Part shown: in pieces, positions 53,776 to 63,994 of the stretch
Layout: each line of letters opens with the position of its first letter
How positions within the stretch are numbered: position 1 is the stretch's first letter
Source of the DNA: Thermoanaerobaculia bacterium
Lineage (GTDB): Bacteria > Acidobacteriota > Thermoanaerobaculia > UBA5066
Assembly: GCA_963816185.1 (NCBI GenBank)
Contig: CAWFJJ010000001.1
Span: 512,001 to 576,000 of the forward strand
DNA length: 64,000 nt
Reading direction: 5' to 3'
Notes under the pieces: generated by a model
Told to the model about the DNA's origin: nothing
Seen by the model: only the letters and a program-made list of their open reading frames with translations
Databases searched by the model: none
Translations under genes and position numbers: made by a program

Positions 53776-54357
53776 GTGTTGCCTCGAATCATCCTGGCAT
53801 CGGGCTCCCCTCGTCGGAAAGAAATCCTTGCGTCTCTCGGACTCCACTTCGACGTCCGCGCGACGGACGTGGACGAGACGCTCCTGCCAGGCGAAAGCGC
53901 CTTCGACGGCGCCGAGCGGCTCGCGCGCGCTAAGGCCGGGGCGGCCTCCGTCGGGTCGCCCGAGGCACTCGTCGTCGCGGCAGACACGCTCGTGGTCCTC
54001 GAGGGTCAAGCGCTCGGAAAGCCCAAGGACCCAGGCGACGTTCGCCGGATGCTCGCCGCGCTCGCGGGCCGCGCGCACGACGTCGTGTCGGGCGTCGCCT
54101 GCGCGCTCGGAGGCCGGATCGTCTCGGGGCGCGAGACGACGCGTGTCGGCTTCGCGCCGATGAGCCCTGCCGAGATCGAGGCGTATGCCGCGACGGGGGA
54201 GGCCGACGACAAGGCGGGCGCCTATGCCATGCAGGGGATCGGGGGCCTCTTCGTGGAGCGCGTGGAGGGCAGCCCCTCGAATGTCGTGGGCCTGCCGGTG
54301 CGGCTCCTGTACCGCCTCGCCCGGGAGCTGGGCGTCGACCTCACGCTGAGGCTTTGA
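53776..54357 (+). CDS. maf: Maf family nucleotide pyrophosphatase
   Basis: LASGSPRR, DVDE, AADT, DKAGAY, NVVGLP. Confidence 0.92.
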   Translation: MLPRIILASGSPRRKEILASLGLHFDVRATDVDETLLPGESAFDGAERLARAKAGAASVGSPEALVVAADTLVVLEGQALGKPKDPGDVRRMLAALAGRAHDVVSGVACALGGRIVSGRETTRVGFAPMSPAEIEAYAATGEADDKAGAYAMQGIGGLFVERVEGSPSNVVGLPVRLLYRLARELGVDLTLRL

Positions 54358-54362
54358 TCCGC

Positions 54363-54857
54363 TCAGACCCTGATCGCGGAGAACTCGCCCGACGTATCGC
54401 GCGCGGCGGCGCGTGCGATCTGGAGGACCCCCGCGAAGACGAGATCCCCGGTCAGTGTAGCGGCTCCGGCGCGCACCTTGAGCGGCCGCGGCGCGGGGCC
54501 CTTGCCCTCACGCCATGGCCTGAACGTCTCGCCGAGGCGCGCCACCTTCAGCTTGCAGGCTTCGAGGTCGGCTTCGACGAGGAGCGCGAGGAACTCGTCG
54601 TCCTCCCAGCGGAAGAGAAAGTCCGTCAGCCGCAGATTCGCGAGGAGCGTGTTCGCGATCGTGCGCACCACGCTGTCGACGATCGCAGGCGGCTCGGAGT
54701 GCACGAAGGCGTCCCAGTTGGACAGGACGACGGACATGACGGACAGGGTGACGCCGTGGCGCCGCGCCCGTTCCAGCTCGCGTTCGATGATCTCGTCGAA
54801 GAAGGCGCGGCTGTATGCGCCCGAATGCGGGTCCCGGATGAGAAGCGCGGCACCCAT
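54363..54857 (-). CDS. Stand-alone degenerate GGDEF domain protein
   Basis: DPHSGAYSRAFF..ELERARR; A-site reads RWEDDEF. Confidence 0.8.
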   Translation of the reverse strand: MGAALLIRDPHSGAYSRAFFDEIIERELERARRHGVTLSVMSVVLSNWDAFVHSEPPAIVDSVVRTIANTLLANLRLTDFLFRWEDDEFLALLVEADLEACKLKVARLGETFRPWREGKGPAPRPLKVRAGAATLTGDLVFAGVLQIARAAARDTSGEFSAIRV

Positions 54858-54911
54858 GGGAGCGGATCCTACCCCGACTCGCGGGTGCCGAGTGGGAAGT
54901 CCCAAAGAGGG

Positions 54912-54924
54912 TTCTTCTTAGAAA
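54912..54924 (-). repeat. Dispersed motif variant TTTCTAAGAAGAA (intergenic)
   Basis: TTCTTCTTAGAAA within a purine tract on the + strand. Confidence 0.6.
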
Positions 54925-54941
54925 GAGGAAAGAAGAGATAT

Positions 54942-55020
54942 TTCCCGAATGGCCGATGTCAAGGGTCTATGACCGCTGCGCGGCGCGCGAAGCGCGCCCT
55001 TGACATCGGTCATTCGGGAA
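54942..55020. repeat. 24-bp inverted repeat (23/24) with a 31-bp spacer; each arm holds an outward-facing TTGACA
   Basis: TTCCCGAATGGCCGATGTCAAGGG (54942-54965) and CCCTTGACATCGGTCATTCGGGAA (54997-55020). Confidence 0.85.
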
Positions 55021-55035
55021 GCAAGTTTTCCACTA

Positions 55036-55080
55036 TCGGGGCTGCATAAGCAGCCCCGAATATCAGAAAGAAGATTGATA
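55036..55080 (+). promoter_or_regulatory. Structured leader upstream of ade (two hairpins)
   Basis: TCGGGGCTGC-ATAA-GCAGCCCCGA 10-bp stem followed by a TATCAG/TTGATA stem. Confidence 0.45.
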
Positions 55081-55101
55081 CCTGGCGTAGTCTGAGACTC
55101 G

Positions 55102-56850
55102 ATGAGAGCACCGGAAGGCCCCGAAACGCTGTCCCTCGCCGAGTTCGTCGCGGCGGCGCGCGGCAACGTGCCGGCCGACCTGGTTCTGAAAAACGCCCGC
55201 ATCGTGAACGTCCTCACGGGGGAGATCCACGACGGAACCGTCGGCGTGAAGGGCGACCGGATTCTCGGCTTCGGCGACTATCGCGCCGCCCGGAGAGACG
55301 ACGAGATCGACCTGAAGGGCACCTACGTTGCGCCCGCGCTCTGGGACGCGCATCTCCACATCGAGTCCACGATGACGACGCCGGCGACGTTCGCGCGCCT
55401 TGCGGCCGCGCACGGCACGGCGGCGGCGATCACGGACCCGCACGAGATCGCGAACGTGAGGGGAGTGCCGGGGATCCGGGCCTTCCTCGACGCCGCCTCG
55501 GGCCTCCCCGTGAACGTCTTCGTCATGCTGCCGTCCTGCGTGCCGTCCACGCATCTCGAGACGGCGGGCGCCGTGCTCTCGGCGTCCGACCTCGCCCCCC
55601 TCTACGAGCTGCCGAACGTCCTCGGCCTCGCCGAGATGATGAACGTGCCCGGCTTCCTGTTTGGCGATCCTGGCGTCTCCCGTAAAGTCGAGGACGCGCG
55701 CCGCCGCGGCGTGCCGATCGACGGCCACTCGCCGCTCCTGACTGGCCTGGACCTGAACGCGTACATCGGGGCCGGCATGCGCTCGGATCACGAGTGCCTC
55801 TCGCGCGCCGAGGCGCACGAGAAAGTCCGGCTCGGCATGGACATCTGGATCCGCGAGGGGACGGCGGCGAAGAACCTCGACGACCTCCTGCCGCTCGTCA
55901 CCCCGGCGAATTCCGAGCGCTTCGCCTTCGCGACGGACGATCGCCACCCGTGGGACCTCCTGACGCACGGGCACCTCGACCATCACGTGCGGCGGGCCAT
56001 CGCGCTCGGCCTGGACAGTGTCCTCGCGATCCGCCTCGCGTCGTGGTCGTGCGCTCGCCATTACGGCCTCACCGACCGGGGCGCCGTCGCGCCCGGCTTC
56101 CGGGCCGACCTCCTGACGTTCGAGCGCCTGGACGATTTCCGCCCCGACCTCGTCGTCCTCGGCGGGCGGCGCGTCGCGAAGGGCGGCCGCCTCCTCGAGG
56201 AGATCCCGGGCGCGCCCATGGAAGAAGGCCCCGGCTTCCGCCTCGAGGGTTTCGACCGCGCGCGGCTCCGGATCGCCGCACCCGGGGGCTCTTCGCTGCG
56301 GGTCATCGAGGTGCGGGCGGGCTCGCTCGCGACGGGAGCATCGACGGCGCCCGCGCGCCTCGTGGAAGGCGCAGCCGCGGCGGACGCCTCGCGCGACCTC
56401 CTGAAGCTCGCGGTCGTCGAGCGGCACCGCGGCACGGGCAACGTCGGCGTGGCGTTCGCCCGGGGGTTCGGCCTGAAGCGCGGCGCGATCGCGTCTTCGG
56501 TCGCGCACGATTCGCACAATGTCGTCGTCGTGGGCGCGGACGACGCGTCGATGGAGACGGCCGTGCGCCGTGTCGCGGCGATCGGGGGCGGCATCGTCGT
56601 GGCGGACGGCGCGCAATCTGTTGCCGAAGTTCCGCTGCCGGTGGCCGGTCTGATGTCGAACGCGCCGATGGCCGACGTGGACGCCGCAGAGCGCCGTGCG
56701 AACGAGGCCGCGCACTCGCTCGGCGGCACGATGGATCACCCGTTCATGACGCTCGCTTTCCTCGCGTTGCCCGTCATCCCGGAGCTGAAGCTCACGGACA
56801 GGGGGCTCGTGGACGTCGGCAAGTTCGACTTCGTGAGCCCGGTCGTTTGA
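55102..56850 (+). CDS. ade: Adenine deaminase
   Basis: DAHLHIES, DPHEIANV, EMMN.PG, DGH, DHEC, REG, TDD, SVAHDSHN, LPVIPELKLT. Confidence 0.96.
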   Translation: MRAPEGPETLSLAEFVAAARGNVPADLVLKNARIVNVLTGEIHDGTVGVKGDRILGFGDYRAARRDDEIDLKGTYVAPALWDAHLHIESTMTTPATFARLAAAHGTAAAITDPHEIANVRGVPGIRAFLDAASGLPVNVFVMLPSCVPSTHLETAGAVLSASDLAPLYELPNVLGLAEMMNVPGFLFGDPGVSRKVEDARRRGVPIDGHSPLLTGLDLNAYIGAGMRSDHECLSRAEAHEKVRLGMDIWIREGTAAKNLDDLLPLVTPANSERFAFATDDRHPWDLLTHGHLDHHVRRAIALGLDSVLAIRLASWSCARHYGLTDRGAVAPGFRADLLTFERLDDFRPDLVVLGGRRVAKGGRLLEEIPGAPMEEGPGFRLEGFDRARLRIAAPGGSSLRVIEVRAGSLATGASTAPARLVEGAAAADASRDLLKLAVVERHRGTGNVGVAFARGFGLKRGAIASSVAHDSHNVVVVGADDASMETAVRRVAAIGGGIVVADGAQSVAEVPLPVAGLMSNAPMADVDAAERRANEAAHSLGGTMDHPFMTLAFLALPVIPELKLTDRGLVDVGKFDFVSPVV

Positions 56851-57339
56851 TCAGTTCGCCAGCGGCGGTCCGCCGAACGCACGCAGCGTGGCGCGGCGCT
56901 GCTGGCGGTGGGCGGCGATCCAGCCATCGAGCCTCGACTTCTGGTCCGGCGTCAGAACGCCGTTGATCTCGGCGTGAACGCTCTGGAGCTGTGACCTGAA
57001 GGATTGCGCGTCGGCACGCACTTTGAGAAACGCGGCTCCGACGACGGCTGGATCCGGATCGGCGGCCGAGGCCGCAGCCTTGAGGGCCTGGCGGTTCGCC
57101 TTCGCCTGAGTCCGGAAGGCCTCGAACCGGTCCTTGTGAGACGCGAAGATCGCCTTGACCTGGGTCTTCTGGGCGTCGCTGAGATCCAGGGTCGCCATTG
57201 CCGCGCGGACTCCACGGGCGAAGTGACCACCGCCTCCCGGGTTCTGGCCAAGAGCCACGCCTCCGGCGAGGGCGAGAGCGAACGCCGTGACTCCGACGGT
57301 AAGGCCGATCTTGTTGCTGCTGAAGATTTTACGGTTCAC
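56851..57339 (-). CDS. Spy/CpxP family periplasmic chaperone
   Basis: Signal peptide, LDLSDAQK and VLTPDQK (LTxxQ) motifs. Confidence 0.82.
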   Translation of the reverse strand: MNRKIFSSNKIGLTVGVTAFALALAGGVALGQNPGGGGHFARGVRAAMATLDLSDAQKTQVKAIFASHKDRFEAFRTQAKANRQALKAAASAADPDPAVVGAAFLKVRADAQSFRSQLQSVHAEINGVLTPDQKSRLDGWIAAHRQQRRATLRAFGGPPLAN

Positions 57340-57390
57340 TTGAGTTCCTCCCTGCGGGGCCCTCACTCTTCGAGGGACCGCAGGTAGTGA

Positions 57391-57416
57391 GACGCGAGGG
57401 CTCGACGCGCGTTTAC
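57391..57416 (-). promoter_or_regulatory. ECF-type promoter candidate GTAAAC-N16-CGTC upstream of the Spy gene
   Basis: Matches the AAAC-N16-CGT ECF consensus. Confidence 0.5.
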
Positions 57417-57428
57417 GTTCTGAGAGTC

Positions 57429-58181
57429 TCAGAACCTCTCCCCGACGAGCACGATCGCGCCCGTGGGCTTCGGGACGCCACCCTTCGGCTCGATCGAGAC
57501 GGCGAACTTCACCGGAGCCTCGCCGAGGTTCTCCTCCTTCGAGATCGGAATGACGGTCGCGCCGTCGGGGCGCGTCTCGAACGTGCCCGCAGGGACGGGC
57601 TGGTCGCCCACGAAGGCCCACAGCTCGTAGCTCTGCTCGAGCGGCAGCGGCGGGAGGCCGCTGACCCAGAGGATTCCCTGCTTCGTCTCGGGCTGCCAGA
57701 GGAGCTTCGCTTTCGCGGTCGGGTTCGACTCGAGGCCCCTCAGGAGGGCGACCTGGACGCGAGGATCCTTCAGCCACGCGAGCTCGGCGTCCTTCGCCTT
57801 CAGGTCGCGATCCTTGTCCTGGAGCATCCCTTCGAGCTGGGCGACGTTCGCGCGCGTGGCGCCGAGGTCGGCGCGCGTCGCGTACCAGAGCGCCGCGAAC
57901 GCCGCGGCGAGCATGAACGAGGCCGCGACACCGAGCGCCCAGGCCATCGTCGCGAGGCCGCGGTCCGGCATTCCGGATGAAACCGCGCGAGGGGAAACGC
58001 TCGCCTGTTGGCCCCGGATCTGCCAGAGAACGCGCTCCTTCAGCTCGAGCGGCGGTGCGGTCTCGGGCGGAGCCGGGGCGCCGTCTTCCGTGGCGTCGAG
58101 CTCGGCTTCGAGGGCGTCGCACCATGTCGCGAATTCCTTCGCGAAGAGGGACGTGCGGGGGTCGATGCGGTCGTCAGCCAC
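57429..58181 (-). CDS. RskA-like anti-sigma factor
   Basis: PPLELKERVL, one TM helix, GLPP..YELW..PVPAG, FAVSIEPKGG.P.PTG. Confidence 0.88.
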   Translation of the reverse strand: MADDRIDPRTSLFAKEFATWCDALEAELDATEDGAPAPPETAPPLELKERVLWQIRGQQASVSPRAVSSGMPDRGLATMAWALGVAASFMLAAAFAALWYATRADLGATRANVAQLEGMLQDKDRDLKAKDAELAWLKDPRVQVALLRGLESNPTAKAKLLWQPETKQGILWVSGLPPLPLEQSYELWAFVGDQPVPAGTFETRPDGATVIPISKEENLGEAPVKFAVSIEPKGGVPKPTGAIVLVGERF

Positions 58182-58734
58182 GGCCAGCCCCTTCTTCCCC
58201 GGCGATCGCTCTGAGCTTCGTAAGGCCCGAACGCGTCCGGCTCTTCACCGTGCCGAGAGGCTCGTTCAGGCGCGCGGCGATCTCCTCCTGCGTGTAGCCG
58301 TCGAAGTACGCGAGGCGGAGGACGGCCTGCTCGCTCTCGGACAGCTTCTCGAGGCATCGAGAAACGTAGTCGCGCACCGCGGCTGCTCCCTGCCCGCCGT
58401 CGCCGTCGCCGGCGCGGTCGAGCGACTCGTCCGGAGCCGCGGAAAAGCGCTGCTCGATGGAGTGGCGGCTTCGCCAGCGGTCGAGAGCCCGGCTGCGCGC
58501 GATCGTGAACAGCCACGTCTTCACCGACGCGCGCGTCGCGTCAAACCGGCGCGCGTCGCGCCACGCCTGAATGAAGGCTTCCTGCAGCACGTCTTCGGCG
58601 TCCCTCGCGTCCTTGAGGATACGGACGCAGAAGGCAAAAAGGACCGGTGCGTACCGGTCGTAAAACAGACCGAACGCGTCGCGATCGCCTTCGGCAATCC
58701 GCGCGAAAAGCTCGGGGTCGGCCGGCGCGCTCAC
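58174..58734 (-). CDS. ECF sigma factor (SigK-like)
   Basis: [40 protein letters not shown]; AAGGAG RBS. Confidence 0.93.
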   Translation of the reverse strand: MSAPADPELFARIAEGDRDAFGLFYDRYAPVLFAFCVRILKDARDAEDVLQEAFIQAWRDARRFDATRASVKTWLFTIARSRALDRWRSRHSIEQRFSAAPDESLDRAGDGDGGQGAAAVRDYVSRCLEKLSESEQAVLRLAYFDGYTQEEIAARLNEPLGTVKSRTRSGLTKLRAIAGEEGAGRG

Positions 58735-58814
58735 GGTGAAACTCCTTTCAGCCTGCCCGCCCGGCCCGAATGTGTCAAGCACCCCGTGGATACGAAGGCG
58801 TACCCGAGCGCGGA

Positions 58815-58843
58815 TTGACGCTGCCAAACGGGGCCGGTACCGT
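58815..58843 (+). promoter_or_regulatory. sigma70 promoter TTGACG-N17-TACCGT, probably leaderless, for parC
   Basis: -35 and -10 boxes with a 17-nt spacer; -10 ends 6 nt before ATG 58850. Confidence 0.55.
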
Positions 58844-58849
58844 CATCCC

Positions 58850-61171
58850 ATGTCGAAGAGAAAGCTCTCCAACGCGGGCGGCCAGCCCCCGCTGCCTTTC
58901 GATGCCGAGATCCCGCTTCCCGAAGAGGCCCGGCGAAGGTACCTGAACTATGCCCTCTCGGTCATCACGTCCCGCGCCCTGCCGGACGTGCGTGACGGGC
59001 TCAAGCCCGTGCAGCGCCGCATCCTCTTCGCGATGTTCCAGAACCTCCACCTGACGCCGGACGCGAAGTTCAAGAAGTCCGCGACCGTGGTGGGCGACGT
59101 CATCGGCAAGTACCACCCGCACGGCGATGTCGCGATCTACGACGCGATGGTGCGCATGGCGCAGCCTTTCTCGCTCCGCGCGCCTCTCGTGGACGGGCAC
59201 GGCAACTTCGGCTCGCTCGACGGCGACGCGGCGGCGGCGTATCGCTACACCGAGGCGCGCCTCCGCCCGCTCGCGATCGAGCTCCTGTCCGAGATCCGCA
59301 GGAAGACGGTCGACTGGCGCCCGAACTTCGACGGCGTCCACTTCGAGCCGGTGGTCCTGCCCGCGCGATACCCGAACCTCCTCGTCAACGGCGCGACGGG
59401 CATTGCGGTCGGAATGGCGACTTCGATCCCGCCGCACAACCCGGTCGAGGTGCTCGACGCCGCGATGGCGGCCGTTGACGACCGCGACGCGGACCCGCTG
59501 CGCTTCATCAAGGGTCCGGACTTTCCGACGGGCGGGCTTCTCGTCTCCGGCAAGCGAGAGCTGCGCGCGATCTACGAGAGCGGCCAGGGCACGTTGAAGC
59601 TGCGGGGCGAGTGGGAGATCGAGGAGGGCGCCCGCGGGGCCCGGACCATCGTCGTCACGTCGATCCCGTACGCGCAGGAGAAGGCGAGTCTCGTCGCGAA
59701 GATCGCGGACGTCATCATCGAACGGCGGCTCGCGTCCCTCGTCGACGTCCGCGACGAATCCACCGAGGGCGTGCGCATCGTCCTCGAGATCAAGCGCGAG
59801 GCCGACCCCGCGCTCGTCATGACGTATCTGTACAAGCACACGCCGCTCGAGACGACGGTGCCGGTGAACCTGACGTGCCTCGTGCCGACCGCGAGACCGG
59901 AGGTGTGCGAGCCGGCGAGGCTTCCGCTCGCCGCGATCCTCCGGCACTTCCTCGACTTCCGGCTCGAGACGGTTCGGCGGAGGTTCCTGTTCGACCTCGA
60001 GGAGCTGAAGAGGCGCCTCCACCTCCTCGAGGGCTTCATCGTCATCTACGACGCGCTCGACGAGGCGATCCGCATCATCCGCAAGTCCGACGGAAAGGCC
60101 GATGCCGCCGGCAAGCTCATGAAGCGCTTCTCTCTCGACGAGGAGCAGGTCGAGGCGATCCTCGAGACGAAGCTCTACAAGCTCGCGCGTCTCGAGATCG
60201 ACGCGATCCGTGCCGAGCTGAAAGAAAAGACGGCCGAGGCGGCCATCATCGAGGCGATCCTGAACTCGCCGAAGAAGCTCTGGAACGAGGTGAAGGGCGA
60301 GCTCGCCGAGGTGCGCGAGTCGCTCGCGGGCGAAAAGCGCCGGACGAAGGTTCTCGCGAGCGTCGACGAGCCGACGTACGACGCGGAAGCCTTCATCCAG
60401 CACGAGGACACGTACGCGATCGTCTCGCAGGACGGCTGGCTGAAGCGCCAGCGCGAGATGAAGGACCCGAAGTCCACGCGCCTGAGGGAAGGAGACGAGG
60501 TGCTCGCCGTGCTGCAGGGCTCGACGAAGGAGGCGGCCGTCCTCTTCTCGAATCGCGGCACCGCGTACGTCCTGAGGCTCAACGACGTGCCGCCGTCGAC
60601 CGGCTACGGCGAGCCCGTGCAGAAGGTCTTCAAGTTCGGAGACGGCGAGCGGGTCGTCGCGGCGCTGTCCCTCGATCCGCGGCTCACGCCGGAGAAGAAG
60701 GTGCTCCTCCTCGCCGCCACGCGCCGAGGTCTCGTCCTGAGGTTCTCTCTCGATCCGTTCCGCGAGGTGACGACGCGCGCGGGGAGGCGCTTCGCGAAGC
60801 CCGCGAAGGGCGACGAGATTGCATCCGTCTTCGTGTGCGAGGAGAAGGACCTCGTGGCCCTCGCGTCGGAGAAGGGCCGCGCGATCCTGTTCCCGGCGAG
60901 CGAGGTGCCCGTCCTCGCGGGACCCGGCAAAGGCGTCCTCGGCTTCAAGCTCGCGCCGGACGACCGCCTCGTGGGCGCGGCGCTCTTCGGAGACGACGAG
61001 AGGCGGGCGACTCTCACGCTCGTGAACGGCAAGGGGACCGAGCACACGATCACACGCCGATACACCCCCGTCTCTCGCGGCGGGAGGGGCTTCGAGCTGA
61101 TCAAGCGCGACAAGCTGGTCAAGGCGATTCCGGCGGAGATCACTTTGGTTGATTTCGGCGGGGGCAATTGA
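58850..61171 (+). CDS. parC: DNA topoisomerase IV subunit A (type IIA A-subunit)
   Basis: [30 protein letters not shown]; CTD lacks the GyrA-box. Confidence 0.85.
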   Translation: MSKRKLSNAGGQPPLPFDAEIPLPEEARRRYLNYALSVITSRALPDVRDGLKPVQRRILFAMFQNLHLTPDAKFKKSATVVGDVIGKYHPHGDVAIYDAMVRMAQPFSLRAPLVDGHGNFGSLDGDAAAAYRYTEARLRPLAIELLSEIRRKTVDWRPNFDGVHFEPVVLPARYPNLLVNGATGIAVGMATSIPPHNPVEVLDAAMAAVDDRDADPLRFIKGPDFPTGGLLVSGKRELRAIYESGQGTLKLRGEWEIEEGARGARTIVVTSIPYAQEKASLVAKIADVIIERRLASLVDVRDESTEGVRIVLEIKREADPALVMTYLYKHTPLETTVPVNLTCLVPTARPEVCEPARLPLAAILRHFLDFRLETVRRRFLFDLEELKRRLHLLEGFIVIYDALDEAIRIIRKSDGKADAAGKLMKRFSLDEEQVEAILETKLYKLARLEIDAIRAELKEKTAEAAIIEAILNSPKKLWNEVKGELAEVRESLAGEKRRTKVLASVDEPTYDAEAFIQHEDTYAIVSQDGWLKRQREMKDPKSTRLREGDEVLAVLQGSTKEAAVLFSNRGTAYVLRLNDVPPSTGYGEPVQKVFKFGDGERVVAALSLDPRLTPEKKVLLLAATRRGLVLRFSLDPFREVTTRAGRRFAKPAKGDEIASVFVCEEKDLVALASEKGRAILFPASEVPVLAGPGKGVLGFKLAPDDRLVGAALFGDDERRATLTLVNGKGTEHTITRRYTPVSRGGRGFELIKRDKLVKAIPAEITLVDFGGGN

Positions 61172-61190
61172 GAAAGAGGGACCGACCGGG

Positions 61191-61203
61191 GATTGCTTAG
61201 AAG
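61191..61203 (-). repeat. Dispersed motif variant CTTCTAAGCAATC (parC-ispH intergenic)
   Basis: GATTGCTTAGAAG followed by a purine tract. Confidence 0.68.
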
Positions 61204-61255
61204 GGAAGAGGGAGCGGGCGGTGCTTTTTCCGGGGGTTCCCCTAAACTCCCCTCG

Positions 61256-62104
61256 ATGGAGGTCGTCCTCGCCGAAAAGTACGGGTTCTGCGCCGGCGTG
61301 CGCGTCGCGGACAAGCTCGTCCGCCTCGCCGCCAAGAAGGGCCAGAAGGGCGCGATCTTCGGTCAGGTCGTGCACAACGAAAGCGTCGAAAGCGAGATGG
61401 CCCGGCTTGGCTTTCCCACGGTGCACGATCTCGAGGCCGCGAAGGCGCACGACAAGCGCATCGTTTTCTCGGCGCACGGCGTCGCCCCGTCCGTGCGCGC
61501 CGAGGCCGCGTCATTGGGCCTTGCGACGATCGACACGACGTGCAAGTTCGTGACGGACATCCACAGGGAGATCGTGCGGTCGCTCGAGGACGGCTGCTTC
61601 ATCGCGATCCTCGGCCAGGCGGACCACCGCGAGGTCGTGGGATACACGAAGGATCTCGATCCGGCGCGCTACCACGTCTTCTACCGGCTCGAGGAGGTCA
61701 CGTCCTTCGACTGGTCGCGTATCCCGCGCGTGAAGATCGTCTTCCAGACCACGATCAATTCCGAGACGTTCGCGCCGCACGTGGAGGAGATCCGCGGTCG
61801 CGTCGCGGACACGCGCGTCGCCGACACCATCTGTTACGCGACGAAGGAGAACCAGGACGCCCTGCGCGTCCTCTGCGCCGATCCCGCGATCGACGCGATC
61901 GTCGTCATCGGCGGGAAGAACAGCAAGAACACGAAGGAGCTCGCGCGGATCGCGCAGGCGGAGAAGCCGACGTTCCTGGTCGGCACGGCCGCGGAGCTCG
62001 ACCTCGCGAAGCTCGCCGGAATGAAAAAGGTCGGCGTCTCGGCGGGGGCCTCGACGCCGGATTACGACGTCGAGGCCGTCGTCCAGAGACTCGAGGCGCT
62101 TTGA
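61256..62104 (+). CDS. ispH: 4-hydroxy-3-methylbut-2-enyl diphosphate reductase
   Basis: GFCAGV, VHN, SAHG, DTTC, H.EV.G, QTT, TICYAT, GASTP. Confidence 0.95.
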   Translation: MEVVLAEKYGFCAGVRVADKLVRLAAKKGQKGAIFGQVVHNESVESEMARLGFPTVHDLEAAKAHDKRIVFSAHGVAPSVRAEAASLGLATIDTTCKFVTDIHREIVRSLEDGCFIAILGQADHREVVGYTKDLDPARYHVFYRLEEVTSFDWSRIPRVKIVFQTTINSETFAPHVEEIRGRVADTRVADTICYATKENQDALRVLCADPAIDAIVVIGGKNSKNTKELARIAQAEKPTFLVGTAAELDLAKLAGMKKVGVSAGASTPDYDVEAVVQRLEAL

Positions 62105-62129
62105 CCAGGGAAGCCGGCCGCTCGGGACT

Positions 62130-62145
62130 TGATGCAACTAGATCA
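62130..62145. promoter_or_regulatory. Palindromic operator candidate TGATGCAACTAGATCA
   Basis: TTGATGCAACT-NN-ATCA-N-AGC is shared with the mtrC upstream site. Confidence 0.6.
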
Positions 62146-62183
62146 GAGCAACGGACATCGACGTTCGATCAACCTGAGCGTGG

Positions 62184-63596
62184 GTGAAAAGCAGCTTCAT
62201 GAGCGCCCCTGAGATCGCCTCCCCGCCGTCCGGGCCGCCCGCCGTCGAGAGCGGAGGATTTGCCACGCTCGAAACCGTCTTCGAGGCGCTTGGGCGGGCC
62301 GCCATCGTCCTGGACGGCGAGTTCCGGATCCTGCGTGCCAGCTTCACGCTCGACGAGATCGCCGGCCCCGGGACGGTGACCTCCATGCTCGGAAAGCCGA
62401 TCGAGGAGCTGGTCGGCGCGAAGCTCTTCGGTCCCGCCGACACGCTGCGCGAGGCGCTGACGAACGGGCGGCGAGAAGAGGGGCGGCGCGCCGTCCTGCG
62501 CTGCGGGGCGGGCCGGGCGCGTCTCGTCTCGCTGACGGCCGCGGTGATCCCGCAGCACGTCTCGAACCACTGCGACCCGCGCGCCCGGTATCTCGTCGTC
62601 GTCCGTCCCGCGGAGGACGACGACAGCCTCCTGCAGAGCATGATCGCGTCTCACGGCCTCGTGGCCCGCTCGCCCGCGATGCTGCGGATCGTCCACCTCG
62701 TCGAATCTCTCTCCCAGAGCATCGCGACGGTCCTGATCACGGGCGAGAGCGGCACCGGCAAGGAAGTCATCGCCCGGACGCTCCACGTGAACTCCCTACG
62801 CAGCACGGGCCCGTTCGTGGCGGTCAACTGCGGGGCGCTCTCGGGGGACCTGCTCGAGAGCGAGCTGTTCGGCCACGTGAAGGGCGCATTCACGGGAGCG
62901 GTGAGGGACCGCGTCGGACGGCTGGAGCTCGCGCGCGGCGGCACGATCTTTCTCGACGAGATCGGCGACGTGCCGCTGCACCTGCAGGTGAAGCTCCTGC
63001 GCGTCCTGCAGGAGCGGCAGTTCGAGCGCGTGGGCGAGAGCGCACCGCGCATGATGGATGCGCGGATCATCGCCGCGACGAATCAGGATCTCCTGGAGAT
63101 GATTCGGACGGGTCGCTTCCGGGAGGACCTCTATTACCGCCTGCGCGTCGTCCCGATCCACCTTCCGCCCCTCCGCGAGAGGCCGGAAGACATCGCCCTC
63201 ATCGCGCAGCATCTCCTCGCGCACATCGGCGGTCGAGCGGGCCGGGCTCTGCGCCTCTCGCCCGACACACTGAACCTGCTGGAGACGTGCCCCTGGCCCG
63301 GAAACGTCCGCGAGCTCGAGAACGCGCTCGAATACGCGGTCGCGCTCTGCACGGGACAGACGATCCAGATCGAGGATCTCCCGCCGGAACTCCGCAGGGC
63401 GGAGATTTCGCCCCCGTCCCCGGACGCCGTTATGCAACCCGCCGTGTCTCTGGCCGAGTCTACTTCGCACCCCGAGCGCGAGCGGATCGTGAAGGCGCTC
63501 GCCTCTCACCGCTGGAACCGGAATCGCGCCGCTCAGGCCCTCGGCGTGAGCCGCAGCACTCTCTGGAGGCGCATGCGCGAGCTGGGGATCGAGTGA
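62184..63596 (+). CDS. sigma54-dependent transcriptional activator (PAS-like + AAA+ + Fis HTH)
   Basis: [49 protein letters not shown]; start could be 62199. Confidence 0.95.
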   Translation: MKSSFMSAPEIASPPSGPPAVESGGFATLETVFEALGRAAIVLDGEFRILRASFTLDEIAGPGTVTSMLGKPIEELVGAKLFGPADTLREALTNGRREEGRRAVLRCGAGRARLVSLTAAVIPQHVSNHCDPRARYLVVVRPAEDDDSLLQSMIASHGLVARSPAMLRIVHLVESLSQSIATVLITGESGTGKEVIARTLHVNSLRSTGPFVAVNCGALSGDLLESELFGHVKGAFTGAVRDRVGRLELARGGTIFLDEIGDVPLHLQVKLLRVLQERQFERVGESAPRMMDARIIAATNQDLLEMIRTGRFREDLYYRLRVVPIHLPPLRERPEDIALIAQHLLAHIGGRAGRALRLSPDTLNLLETCPWPGNVRELENALEYAVALCTGQTIQIEDLPPELRRAEISPPSPDAVMQPAVSLAESTSHPERERIVKALASHRWNRNRAAQALGVSRSTLWRRMRELGIE

Positions 63597-63994
63597 GCTC
63601 GCGGCGCGATTTCCTGGGTCAGCTCTGGCATGGGACGGGGGGCGCGCTCCTCGGCGCCTCGGCTCTGATCCTCCACCGCGCCTTGCGCGCGGCCGCCCCG
63701 GTGCCGCGCGAGACGACTCTTTCCGCCGACGCCGTTTCGCGGGCCGTCGCGGAAGGCGGCGCGGCGATCGGGGATCTCTTCGTCACGGGCTCGCCGTCCG
63801 GGCCCGTCGCTCTCTCCCTGACGTGTACGCATCTCGGCTGCCACGTGCGGCCGGCGTCCTCCGGCGGCTTTGCCTGCCCGTGTCACGGCAGCCGGTTCGC
63901 GGCCGACGGCAGTCGCACGGCGGGGCCCGCGCGCTCGGCCCTAGCCCGCGTACCGCTCGAGAGGCGCGGGGACGCATGGACCGCCCGCCTCTGA
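63593..63994 (+). CDS. Tat-exported Rieske [2Fe-2S] protein
   Basis: SRRDFL Tat motif; CTHLGC and CPCHGS; GTG overlaps the activator stop. Confidence 0.9.
   Translation: MSSRRDFLGQLWHGTGGALLGASALILHRALRAAAPVPRETTLSADAVSRAVAEGGAAIGDLFVTGSPSGPVALSLTCTHLGCHVRPASSGGFACPCHGSRFAADGSRTAGPARSALARVPLERRGDAWTARL

Noticed and set aside
50454-53987. Very long antisense or alternate-frame ORFs (also 39601-42525, 58775-61477, 17140-19482)
   Set aside because: They are shadows of real high-GC genes, Arg/Ala-rich and without recognisable motifs.
55030-55100. Canonical purine riboswitch upstream of ade
   Set aside because: It lacks the conserved junction (UUUCUAC) and loop-loop sequences.
57417-57435. Perfect palindrome GTTCTGAGA-G-TCTCAGAAC at the anti-sigma stop
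   Set aside because: Single copy with a 1-nt loop and no U-tract; no function can be assigned.
58850-61171. gyrA assignment
   Set aside because: There is no GyrA-box (QxRGGKG) at the start of the CTD, so ParC is more likely.
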